This document shows, piece by piece, positions 31,184 through 39,301 of a stretch of DNA of 64,000 bases; position 1 is the first letter of the stretch, and every line of letters begins with the position of its first letter. The stretch is taken from positions 7,975 to 71,974 of the IMG/VR virus record IMGVR_UViG_3300045806_000017; one strand, written 5' to 3'. The DNA is from a virus. The notes beneath the pieces are model-generated. The model did not search any database. It was given only the letters and a program-made list of their open reading frames with translations, and was not told the origin of the DNA. The position numbers were made by a program, and so were the translations under genes.

Positions 31184-32112
31184 GATTCAAACGTATTAAT
31201 ATAGTTATTCCAAAATAAAGGTTTAGTAGTTGATGATAGAGATATAACATTTACAAAATCTTCTATATTTGGGAGTATATTCCAAGAACTCCCTACATCT
31301 GTAGATATAGCTATAGGTGTAATACGGGGAGAAACATCTTGGTTAGTTTCCCCATATACTAACAACATATTATTGCTAGAGTAAATCCGTGACACAACGA
31401 AAGGTAAAGCCTTCCTTACTCCTGTAATACCATCAGAAGATACATACAAAGTCTCATCATAAGTTAGAAAAGATTCTCCAGTAAACACACTTCCAGAATA
31501 AGAAATATTTGAATCACTTATAGTATTCCAAGATGTACCATCAGAAGATATATATCTTAATCCATCAACAATAAGAAAAGTATTATTACCAAAAGATATT
31601 TGAGGATTAGAGACATTTGTAGTTGAAATCGTATTCTCTACCCAAGTAATACCATCAGAACTTGTACCAAAGAAAATAGAATTAACACCGTCTCTTATCC
31701 CAACAGCAACATACTTACCATTACCATAACAAACACTTGTCCATGTAGTTAAATTAGATAAAGATGAACTTCTTACCACATCAAAACTATTAATATCAAG
31801 AATAGCGGAAGTATCTATAAGAATTTCATTGTATGCTTTGTAACCTACAGTACAAATAGTATCTCCATTAATACATATAGCATTTACAGGATACTTACCA
31901 GCATAGGTATGTATCTCTATTATTGGGTTGTTAGATACTATATATGAAAATGTACCATCACTACCACCATCTTCAAAAGTTCTAAATACAATGCCATTGG
32001 ATACCCCCCCATTTCCAGTAAATGCTGTTTGTATAGGAGAATCTACTAAAGAACCATCAGAAAGAATTACTTTATCTTGGCTATAAGTACAAATATAAAA
32101 GAGGTTACTCAC
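31180..32112 (-). CDS. Beta-propeller (BNR/Asp-box repeat) virion protein
   Basis: WTSVCYGNGKYVAVG and repeated SSDG.TW / STDVGSSW. Confidence 0.6.
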   Translation of the reverse strand: MSNLFYICTYSQDKVILSDGSLVDSPIQTAFTGNGGVSNGIVFRTFEDGGSDGTFSYIVSNNPIIEIHTYAGKYPVNAICINGDTICTVGYKAYNEILIDTSAILDINSFDVVRSSSLSNLTTWTSVCYGNGKYVAVGIRDGVNSIFFGTSSDGITWVENTISTTNVSNPQISFGNNTFLIVDGLRYISSDGTSWNTISDSNISYSGSVFTGESFLTYDETLYVSSDGITGVRKALPFVVSRIYSSNNMLLVYGETNQDVSPRITPIAISTDVGSSWNILPNIEDFVNVISLSSTTKPLFWNNYINTFES

Positions 32113-32343
32113 TTATAATCCTACTTGAGTTGATGTAGCATTAGTAAAATAAATATTCATTGCTCCAATACACGAACCAAGTGCTAGTATATTATCTACT
32201 GTTAAATATTCCTTTAAACCAGGAATTACAATACAGAGTAATGGAGCAGAACCCCCAACTAAATTAACTAAAGACTGTGTTTTCTTCCAGAATACAGAAT
32301 CTTGTAAACATCTTCCTTTATCTAAAGCATCTATAAAATTCAT
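32113..32343 (-). CDS. Putative holin-like membrane protein
   Basis: 76 aa with two hydrophobic segments; lies in the lysis cluster. Confidence 0.45.
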   Translation of the reverse strand: MNFIDALDKGRCLQDSVFWKKTQSLVNLVGGSAPLLCIVIPGLKEYLTVDNILALGSCIGAMNIYFTNATSTQVGL

Positions 32344-32383
32344 ATATCACCTGATAAATTAGATTGTATAATTATACTTGTTT

Positions 32384-32821
32384 TCATATACTTGTACCTT
32401 TTACTTTATCATAACTTCTATATGCACCTAAACCAAGTATTCCTATTAACACTTGTAAGGTAATTTCTGTATTAATAACTGGAAATGTACCAGCATACTT
32501 AAAAATCACTGTAGCTACAAATCTAATAAAAGGTTCTAAAATACTTACATAAGCTAAACTAATACCACATATCCATCCTATGAATGGTCTCCACCCAGAT
32601 ACAAATGTATTTGTACTTGTAGCTTCAGTTTTATTAACATCAACCTGAGCCAATAATAAAGCGTATTGGTTTTGTAATTCAGTTAATGCTTGAGTCATTT
32701 TATCATGCTCTACTGTAGTAGCATCAGGAGCAAACTTATTAACAATGGTAGTAACTAAATTACTTCCTGCTGTTATTGCATCATCAATTCCGAACATATA
32801 TTTTCCTAATGAGGATTTCAT
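32384..32821 (-). CDS. Holin (3TM/GTA-type); start probably at 32797
   Basis: FVSGWRPFIGWICG...GILGLGAYRSYDKVKG signature. Confidence 0.85.
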   Translation of the reverse strand: MKSSLGKYMFGIDDAITAGSNLVTTIVNKFAPDATTVEHDKMTQALTELQNQYALLLAQVDVNKTEATSTNTFVSGWRPFIGWICGISLAYVSILEPFIRFVATVIFKYAGTFPVINTEITLQVLIGILGLGAYRSYDKVKGTSI

Positions 32822-32839
32822 CCTCTAAAGCGACAAAGA

Positions 32840-32938
32840 TTAATATTTATTGTGTGTACACCACACTAACCACCAAACAACAAGATTACCAATAAGTAAT
32901 CCACTAATAAATCCTATTAGTAAATCTTCATTTACCAT
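32840..32938 (-). CDS. Small membrane peptide (32 aa)
   Basis: Manually translated MVNEDLLIGFISGLLIGNLVVWWLVWCTHNKY; overlaps the upstream stop. Confidence 0.45.
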   Translation of the reverse strand: MVNEDLLIGFISGLLIGNLVVWWLVWCTHNKY

Positions 32939-33099
32939 GTTCTGTAATCCGTAACATCTTTTACTTTACCACATGAACATATAACTCTACACGCAAAGCC
33001 AAGTCCTGTAGGAGTGTAATCAAGTCTTAGTGTTTTATTCTTGTCTGTACACTCATGAGAATGAAACCATCTTACAGCATTTCTCTTTTCTTGATCCAT
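32932..33099 (-). CDS. Small Cys/His protein (55 aa)
   Basis: MDQEKRNAVRWFHSHEC...TPTGLG...CSCG..KDVTDY; coupled to both neighbours. Confidence 0.6.
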   Translation of the reverse strand: MDQEKRNAVRWFHSHECTDKNKTLRLDYTPTGLGFACRVICSCGKVKDVTDYRTW

Positions 33100-33263
33100 T
33101 ACTTATCACCTATACCATTACCATCTTTCTCAACATCTTGAGCCAAGGTAATTAAATGTTGTAAAGCTACATTAAATAAAGGAACATCTAACTCTTCCCA
33201 AGATACAACTTCATTACACTTCAAGAAGTTATTACACACAATTATAGCTTTATCTGTATTCAT
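33099..33263 (-). CDS. Small hypothetical protein (54 aa)
   Basis: Manually translated; overlaps the lysozyme stop and is coupled to the next ORF. Confidence 0.5.
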   Translation of the reverse strand: MNTDKAIIVCNNFLKCNEVVSWEELDVPLFNVALQHLITLAQDVEKDGNGIGDK

Positions 33264-33693
33264 TAAATAATTCCCATTCTGCTTGTCTACGTTTAGTTAA
33301 ACCTAAAACTTCTTTATGGTTTACTTTATTCCATTTAAGGAACTCTACACTTATATTATGGTCACCATCATTTATTTTTCTTAATAATGTAGAAGACTTA
33401 AAAGAACCAATACCAACATTATAAGTAAAACTTACTAATGCACCATACTGATTCTCTGTTAAAGGTATATGAACAGCTTTAGTAACAGTAAATTCATACT
33501 GTTTAAGAGTATCATAAAATAATTTCCAAGCTTCAATATCTGTAATAGGTTTATCACTAAGTTTTACTTTAGTACCGTCAGCATACTCTGTTGAACCAAT
33601 ACCAATAGTAGGTATGCCTGCTGGACATAGATAAGGGCTAAGTCTTAGACCTTCATATTGAGCTATTAAATTTTTACTTGCTTGATTAATCAT
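33250..33693 (-). CDS. Endolysin, GH24 phage lysozyme
   Basis: YEGLRLSPYLCPAGIPTIGIG, ALVSFTYNVG and GLTKRRQAE. Confidence 0.95.
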   Translation of the reverse strand: MINQASKNLIAQYEGLRLSPYLCPAGIPTIGIGSTEYADGTKVKLSDKPITDIEAWKLFYDTLKQYEFTVTKAVHIPLTENQYGALVSFTYNVGIGSFKSSTLLRKINDGDHNISVEFLKWNKVNHKEVLGLTKRRQAEWELFNEYR

Positions 33694-33993
33694 AATTTAT
33701 ATCCTTTAGGTATGTGTTAGTATAAATCTTATAGGAAGAGATAGTCCAGCATTTTCAAACTTTTTGAAAATTTTATATATTGTGTATGAATTCAAACTTT
33801 TGAGAAAAAACATAATTTACCTATGAATTCATTACACTATCTCAGTTCAGTCACAGACTCGAATATCCCCCCCTACAAAGCTATACATTGCCCTATATGA
33901 CAAGTGTACCCCACCTTAGTACAATCATGTAGCTTATACAATTATCGTTCAATGTAGGTCATTGTAGAGCATTCTATGTAGTAGATACAATTC

Positions 33994-34371
33994 ATGTGTC
34001 TCACCATGTGTCATGAACATGGTGTTAATCCTATTAGGAGTATTACAATGAGTGCGTTTACTAAAGAAGTATTGGTTGCTGTGTCTCAATCTATTGCATT
34101 ATTACCTCAAGTAACTACAGCAGCAGGATTGGTTATCAGTAAAGCATCATCAGCAACTGTCAATGGCTTTAGTGCTATTGATGCACTATGTGCTTACGGT
34201 GCAGACTATGCAGATGACATACGACAAGATCAGTTAGCTCTGTTAGAGTTGAAACAATCTTATCGTGAAATCGTTAAAGCTGATGCTAAAACTGCTGTTG
34301 TATCTGGTGATAAAGCTTCAATCATTGCTGCATATAAAGCTATGCAGACTGACTTCGAGTCTATCGACTAA
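33994..34371 (+). CDS. First early protein (start probably 34048)
   Basis: AGGAG RBS before the ATG at 34048; followed by a terminator. Confidence 0.7.
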   Translation: MCLTMCHEHGVNPIRSITMSAFTKEVLVAVSQSIALLPQVTTAAGLVISKASSATVNGFSAIDALCAYGADYADDIRQDQLALLELKQSYREIVKADAKTAVVSGDKASIIAAYKAMQTDFESID

Positions 34372-34378
34372 GCTTATT

Positions 34379-34411
34379 GACTCATACTTCGGTATGAGTC
34401 TTTAGTTTTTT
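34379..34411 (+). terminator. Intrinsic terminator
   Basis: GACTCATAC-TTCG-GTATGAGTC followed by a T-rich tail. Confidence 0.85.
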
Positions 34412-34413
34412 AC

Positions 34414-34435
34414 TTTAAAGCATTTAATGTAATAG
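34414..34435 (+). promoter_or_regulatory. Repeated early motif TTTAAA(A)GCATTTWATGT (copy; others at 35338, 36260, 36821, degenerate at 33964)
   Basis: Near-identical copies upstream of early ORFs. Confidence 0.6.
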
Positions 34436-34470
34436 ACAATAATGTCTATCTTTTGCAAAAGGTGATTATC

Positions 34471-34599
34471 ATGACTTACAAAGTAAATACCGATGGAACA
34501 ATCGAAGTCATCAACTATGATGAAGAACCAAACTCATTAGAATTAGATAATGAGTTTCTTAATACTTGGAATGAGGAGAACTCAGATGAAATGTTATAA
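34471..34599 (+). CDS. Small acidic early protein (42 aa)
   Basis: AGGTG RBS; MTYKVNTDGTIEVINYDEEPNSLELDNEFLNTWNEENSDEML. Confidence 0.6.
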   Translation: MTYKVNTDGTIEVINYDEEPNSLELDNEFLNTWNEENSDEML

Positions 34600-34762
34600 C
34601 TGTGATTGTGTAAAGTCTGTTCTTGGTTTCTCACAAACTAGAAACGTCTGTCTCATCCAAGATCCTGAGGATCTCTGGTGTGATGAATGTTTAGAGGAAA
34701 ATCAACAACAGTTCGTCAATCAGCAGGATGCTGACTTTGATGAATGGTGTCAAACAATATAA
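34586..34762 (+). CDS. Small acidic Cys-rich early protein
   Basis: GAGGAG RBS before ATG 34586; CYNC...CDEC. Confidence 0.6.
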   Translation: MKCYNCDCVKSVLGFSQTRNVCLIQDPEDLWCDECLEENQQQFVNQQDADFDEWCQTI

Positions 34763-34767
34763 CAAAT

Positions 34768-34797
34768 AGCTACTCTTCGGAGTAGCTTATGTTCTTT
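34768..34797 (+). terminator. Intrinsic terminator
   Basis: AGCTACTC-TTCG-GAGTAGCT after the stop. Confidence 0.75.
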
Positions 34798-35290
34798 AGT
34801 TAAAGCTACACCAACATCAACACCAGTAAGATAGTCTAGTTATAGACACTAAGAATAGATAGTCTAATCATTTATAGCTCATATCTATTCATTTAAACCA
34901 AGAATCATAATCATCTTGGTGGTATCTAACTTAATGTCGAAAAGTGAACCTTGTGTTTAACTGTCTGAGACAGTTCATAAGGTACATGGTATGTATTTTA
35001 TGTGTTGAGGATAGTTGAACCAAGGTGAACTTGAGACACAGTGGAAAGTCTTAGTCACATATAATGGAGTGGTATGGGAACATTGGTTAATGTGAACCAT
35101 ATCATATTTTGATAGATAAAATCAATAGGTAGTAATATTTATTTTTACTTAATACTACATGTAGTAGGTAAGATATAGGATATGTCTATATATAATTTAA
35201 ATTGGAATAAATTAGTATTAATATCGATTCGATACTATTCCTAAACAATTACTAAACACTAGAGTAATGTTATAACATAACACTAACAAT

Positions 35291-35306
35291 GTGGACTATC
35301 GTCCAC
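35291..35306. promoter_or_regulatory. GTGG..CCAC hairpin family, copy 1
   Basis: GTGGAC-TATC-GTCCAC. Confidence 0.55.
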
Positions 35307-35397
35307 TCTACTACTACTCAATACTTCTATACAAGTATTTAAAAGCATTTTATGTAATAGAAATTATACACTTCGTATAATACTTTGGAGAACTATA

Positions 35398-35712
35398 ATG
35401 TCACAAATTAAATTAGGTCAATATGTTACCTATAAACAAAATATATATCTTGTTGTTGATATTCGTTATGAGAAATTGCTTATAATGAACAAAGACAACA
35501 AAGTACAAGTCAATAGAACTTCTATTGAAGTAACTAATCTACGTCCTGCAAAGGAAATAGATGGTTATCTTGTAACAGGTAAAGGAATGATTATATCTCT
35601 CACTTCTCATAAAGAAATGAAATGGGATAATAATCACGGTATTAGAAAAGCTCTATTAGCTAAGTATGCTAATAGTAATTCTGATACCTTTAAAGCATTG
35701 ATGACTGGTTAA
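35398..35712 (+). CDS. Early hypothetical protein
   Basis: GGAG RBS; YLVTGKGMIISL.S.K.MKW pattern. Confidence 0.7.
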   Translation: MSQIKLGQYVTYKQNIYLVVDIRYEKLLIMNKDNKVQVNRTSIEVTNLRPAKEIDGYLVTGKGMIISLTSHKEMKWDNNHGIRKALLAKYANSNSDTFKALMTG

Positions 35713-35752
35713 ACATTTACTACTACTACTTCGGTAGTAGTAGTAAATGTTT
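35711..35752 (+). terminator. Perfect 19-bp hairpin with TTCG loop
   Basis: AAACATTTACTACTACTAC-TTCG-GTAGTAGTAGTAAATGTTT. Confidence 0.7.
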
Positions 35753-35895
35753 CACTCAAAGATAGTCCCTTTATTCCACTTGTGTCAATCACCTCATAGC
35801 TCAAGCAAAAGAACTTGAAGCTTCAATGTATTAATTAGCGAAAGAGAACGTAGTCGTTAAGACGGAGTTCTCTGTAGCGTTAAATAGGAGTATTT

Positions 35896-36018
35896 ATGTA
35901 TAAATTTAATGAAAACCTCATTATCCAATGTAACAAACCTAAGTTTCCTAAAGAAGGTTGGTTACTGTTTTCAATTTTAATCATTGGTCTTATTTGGAAA
36001 TACCTCTCACACGCATGA
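35896..36018 (+). CDS. Small membrane peptide (40 aa)
   Basis: AGGAG RBS; C-terminal WLLFSILIIGLIW. Confidence 0.6.
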   Translation: MYKFNENLIIQCNKPKFPKEGWLLFSILIIGLIWKYLSHA

Positions 36019-36051
36019 GGATTCGTCTTAAGCCACATTAGGAGTTGACCC

Positions 36052-36216
36052 ATGTCAATGTATAAACGTGAATTAACTGAACGTGAAGAAGAGCGTAGAC
36101 TCTTCTTCCTTCAACAAAAAGAGATTCGTGAAGCTTATGAAGCTGAACAGAAAGCTCTACAACAAGCAAATGCAAATGCTTACACTTATGCTCTTAAGCA
36201 GTGTGGTTTAATCTAA
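36052..36216 (+). CDS. Small coiled-coil early protein (54 aa)
   Basis: AGGAG RBS; followed by a hairpin terminator at 36222-36253. Confidence 0.6.
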   Translation: MSMYKRELTEREEERRLFFLQQKEIREAYEAEQKALQQANANAYTYALKQCGLI

Positions 36217-36309
36217 TTATGAACCAGCAGTTATTAACTTAACTGTTGGTTTTGAAAGATTTAAAAGCATTTTATGTGGTAGGAATAATCCTACAATTCT
36301 AACTAAACG

Positions 36310-36678
36310 GTGAATATCATGGCATATCAAGAACAAGCTCCTGCAACAGCTAACAATTCAGTTGCAAAACAAGCTTTCATTAACTCTGAAGCTGGTGATC
36401 AATTAGGCTTCTTTAGTCTATCTAATCACATCAATCCATCACAATTTCAACGTGTTTTAGTTGCGTTGAACGATCCTGAAAAACAAGTTAAATTAAATGT
36501 TGTTGAAGGCAAAAACAAAAACGGTAAAGCGTTTGCAACAGTGAGAAATCCTTCAGATGTTGTACTAGGTATCCTATCTGGATACTCTGCATCAACAATT
36601 CTTGCAATTGGTGTTGGAACTGCTATATTTACTGATGCTACACCTATCGAAGATGTAACAGACATCTTGAACTTCTAA
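36310..36678 (+). CDS. Early protein, possibly an N4 gp2-like ssDNA-binding RNAP II activator
   Basis: MAYQ...KQAFIN...LGFFSL resembles gp2-family N-termini; acidic C-terminus ending in F; own motif and terminator. Confidence 0.4.
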   Translation: MNIMAYQEQAPATANNSVAKQAFINSEAGDQLGFFSLSNHINPSQFQRVLVALNDPEKQVKLNVVEGKNKNGKAFATVRNPSDVVLGILSGYSASTILAIGVGTAIFTDATPIEDVTDILNF

Positions 36679-36684
36679 AATATT

Positions 36685-36714
36685 GGACTCCTTAATTGGA
36701 GTCCTTTTGTTTTT
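36685..36714 (+). terminator. Intrinsic terminator
   Basis: GGACTCC-TTAATT-GGAGTCC followed by TTTTGTTTT. Confidence 0.85.
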
Positions 36715-36836
36715 CTTTACACAAACGGACTTCGTCCGTTTATGCCCTCAGCCTAATTATTGTGTTAATTCACTTGTGTTAGATAGTCCTCTTTACCTCT
36801 TAATTTGTTGTTTTACTTGGTTTAAAAGCATTTTCT

Positions 36837-37136
36837 GTGTTGGTAAAACAATCCTGTTTTCTCTTAACTTTTATGAGGTGTGTTATGTCTGTAGCTGTAT
36901 TGAAATTAGAAGATAAATCGTTAGTTGCTTTTAACTTAAATAATGTAACAAAAATGTATTTAGCAAAAGAAGGACTCTATTTTGAATGTATTAATGGTAC
37001 TTCTTATAGAACATATGTGGATGTTGGAACTACAAGAATATTAAAATTAGATCCTTCTACAAAAGGATCTACACCATCAGGTGACTATAAACCCTATAGT
37101 GCTGAACATATGTTTGAAAAATTTTGTAATCTTTAA
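36837..37136 (+). CDS. Hypothetical early protein (start probably 36885)
   Basis: GAGGTG RBS before MSVAVL. Confidence 0.6.
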   Translation: MLVKQSCFLLTFMRCVMSVAVLKLEDKSLVAFNLNNVTKMYLAKEGLYFECINGTSYRTYVDVGTTRILKLDPSTKGSTPSGDYKPYSAEHMFEKFCNL

Positions 37137-37148
37137 GGAGTTAAAACC

Positions 37149-37742
37149 ATGAGTTATTCATCTGTTAAAAATACTATTCCTAATAGTAAAGTTCCTTCAT
37201 TTAGAAATGAGTTTAAATTTCTAAGTAATATGTATCCTTGTAAAGTTCAAGAATTCTCTTGTGCTGAATCTTACTTTCAAGCTATGAAGTGTCCAGATAG
37301 AGCTAATGAGTTCATTGGTTTGAATGGTTATGAATCAAAAACTTTAGGTAAACGGGTTAAGCTTAGAGCTGATTGGGATGATGAAAGAATCTCAATTATG
37401 AGAAGTATTCTATTCATTAAATTCCAAGGTGAATTACTGAATAGACTTAAAGCTATTGAAGGAGATATTATTGAAAGAAATACTTGGAATGACACATTCT
37501 GGGGTGTATGTAACGGTAAGGGAGAAAACCATTTAGGTAAGCTATTGATGGAAGTTAGAGATACTGAAGTAAGACCATTCATTCATGATTTAGAGCAAGC
37601 TAAAGAAGCTAAGAAAGACTTTGAAGAAGATGGTTATAGTATATATGTAGACTGGATTAATTCCTTGATTTATACCCAAGATGGTATCAGTTATGTAGGT
37701 ACGATAATACCTGTAACTTATGAGGTATGGCAAACATTGTAA
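37149..37742 (+). CDS. NADAR (YbiA/DUF1768) family hydrolase
   Basis: FLSNMYPC, ESYFQAMK, LRADWD and NTWNDTFWGVCNGKGENHLGKLLMEVR. Confidence 0.92.
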   Translation: MSYSSVKNTIPNSKVPSFRNEFKFLSNMYPCKVQEFSCAESYFQAMKCPDRANEFIGLNGYESKTLGKRVKLRADWDDERISIMRSILFIKFQGELLNRLKAIEGDIIERNTWNDTFWGVCNGKGENHLGKLLMEVRDTEVRPFIHDLEQAKEAKKDFEEDGYSIYVDWINSLIYTQDGISYVGTIIPVTYEVWQTL

Positions 37743-37752
37743 TGAATAGATT

Positions 37753-37771
37753 GTGGTGCTTAACGCACTAC
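37753..37771. promoter_or_regulatory. GTGG..CCAC hairpin family, copy 2
   Basis: GTGGTGC-TTAAC-GCACTAC. Confidence 0.5.
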
Positions 37772-37807
37772 TTCTTTCCACTAAATAAATGAAGAGTAGA
37801 TAGTCTC

Positions 37808-38206
37808 ATGCTAACAAATGATGTAATCCATGATGTATCAGAATCAGTAACTGATTCTGATTATGTATATGCTCTTATTAAAGAGTTAAAAGCTGCCTTA
37901 ACACCTATAGCAGTAGGTATTGCTGCACCTCAGATAGGAATATTAAAGAGAGTAATACTTTGTAAGATTAATGGAATGTGGATACCTATGATTAATCCTA
38001 CTTGGATTGCTAAAGGTATTGATAAGAAACAATCTAAAGAAGGATGTTTATCATTTCCAGATAAGGTAGTTAAAAAACAAAGATACTATCGTATTTGTGT
38101 AACTTATCTTGATGAGTTATTACAACCACAAGAGATAAGATTACTTGGTTTAGCTTCTTATATAGTTCAACATGAATGCGATCATCTCGATGGAATAACA
38201 ATCTAG
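37808..38206 (+). CDS. def: Peptide deformylase
   Basis: All three PDF motifs: GIAAPQIG, EGCLS and QHECDHLDG. Confidence 0.95.
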   Translation: MLTNDVIHDVSESVTDSDYVYALIKELKAALTPIAVGIAAPQIGILKRVILCKINGMWIPMINPTWIAKGIDKKQSKEGCLSFPDKVVKKQRYYRICVTYLDELLQPQEIRLLGLASYIVQHECDHLDGITI

Positions 38207-38210
38207 GAGA

Positions 38211-39128
38211 TTGAGTATGTTAGATAGATTAGAGCAAATTACTAATGAAGAAATGTATTCTAAAAAGAATATCAGAAGACTTGTCAGGGAAGACATTGAA
38301 CGTAATCTTGATGGTAAGATTACTGTGTGTAAACAATTACTTGCAGACTTCTTGAGTAAAGAATATCTCTATTCAAGAGGTGCAAGGATAACTCATTTAT
38401 GTGATCATTTGTATAATGGTTACATATCAGGTGATGAGATAGTCATGGATGTATTAATAACTTGTCTTGGTTCAGAATCTCAAACAATTCAAGCTATATG
38501 TGGTGCTATATATCCATCCTTGAAATATGAAGAAGACATTGATGGTGTCAAGATGGTAGCTGATATATTGTTTGTTCTGTGTGAATCAGATTTGTATGAC
38601 ATCTATCACAATGCACAGAAAGAACTCTGTATTAGAAGTGTATACAAGCTTGAACCAATAACACTACAAGCTATTAATAGAGCTAAATTCTTGCCTCCTA
38701 TGTTATGTAAACCAGACAAAGTTAGATATAACGATGACTGCGGTTTCATTACATTCAAAGAACATTGTGTTCTGAAAAGACACAATCATCATAATAACTC
38801 AATATCTCTTGATGTATTAAACATCCAAAATGCTATTGAGTTATCTTTAGATCCATTCGTATTAGAGTGGGATAAAGAATTCAAGATGAAAGATGAATAT
38901 AAAGCTAAAACTGTATTTCAGTTAAAAGAAATACAGGATCAGTTTGAATTAGCTAAAGCTGAAACGTATTCTTTATATAGTGAATTACCAAACAAGTTCT
39001 ATCTACTTCATCGTTATGATAGTAGAGGTAGATTATATTGTTCTGGGTATTCCATATCATATCAAAGTAGTGAGTATGACAAAGCAGTGCTTAACATTGC
39101 TAAGAAAGAATTTGTTGAGGTGGACTAA
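38211..39128 (+). CDS. RNA polymerase II subunit 1 (N4 gp15-like)
   Basis: FLPPMLCKP, LDVLNIQN and FYLLHRYDSRGRLYCSGY (DxRGR motif). Confidence 0.9.
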   Translation: MSMLDRLEQITNEEMYSKKNIRRLVREDIERNLDGKITVCKQLLADFLSKEYLYSRGARITHLCDHLYNGYISGDEIVMDVLITCLGSESQTIQAICGAIYPSLKYEEDIDGVKMVADILFVLCESDLYDIYHNAQKELCIRSVYKLEPITLQAINRAKFLPPMLCKPDKVRYNDDCGFITFKEHCVLKRHNHHNNSISLDVLNIQNAIELSLDPFVLEWDKEFKMKDEYKAKTVFQLKEIQDQFELAKAETYSLYSELPNKFYLLHRYDSRGRLYCSGYSISYQSSEYDKAVLNIAKKEFVEVD

Positions 39129-39286
39129 TGGATATTAAAATAGAGATATCTAGAGAATGTTTAACATGTAATTATTGGGGTTGGTACTTTGGATCTTGAC
39201 AAATATTTAAAAAGAAAATAGAAGGTTCATTACAACAAGAACCTAATCCCATAAGACTTCAACAATGTATTGAAGCTGAATTATAA
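39128..39286 (+). pseudogene. Small CxxC protein interrupted by an in-frame TGA
   Basis: MDIKIEISRECLTCNYWGWYFGS*QIFKKK...RLQQCIEAEL; TGA at 39197-39199. Confidence 0.5.
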
Positions 39287-39301
39287 CAATAACTTAAAAA
39301 A

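Noticed and set aside
32852-32866. GTGTG-TACAC-CACAC hairpin resembling the G..A loop family
   Set aside because: It lies inside a small minus-strand ORF and deviates from the GTGG/CCAC consensus; it may be chance.
33964-37805. CRISPR-like mini-array formed by the repeated early motifs
   Set aside because: The repeats are short, irregularly spaced and separated by whole genes. The 57379 nuclease is the standard N4 gp42-like protein, not evidence of a cas locus.
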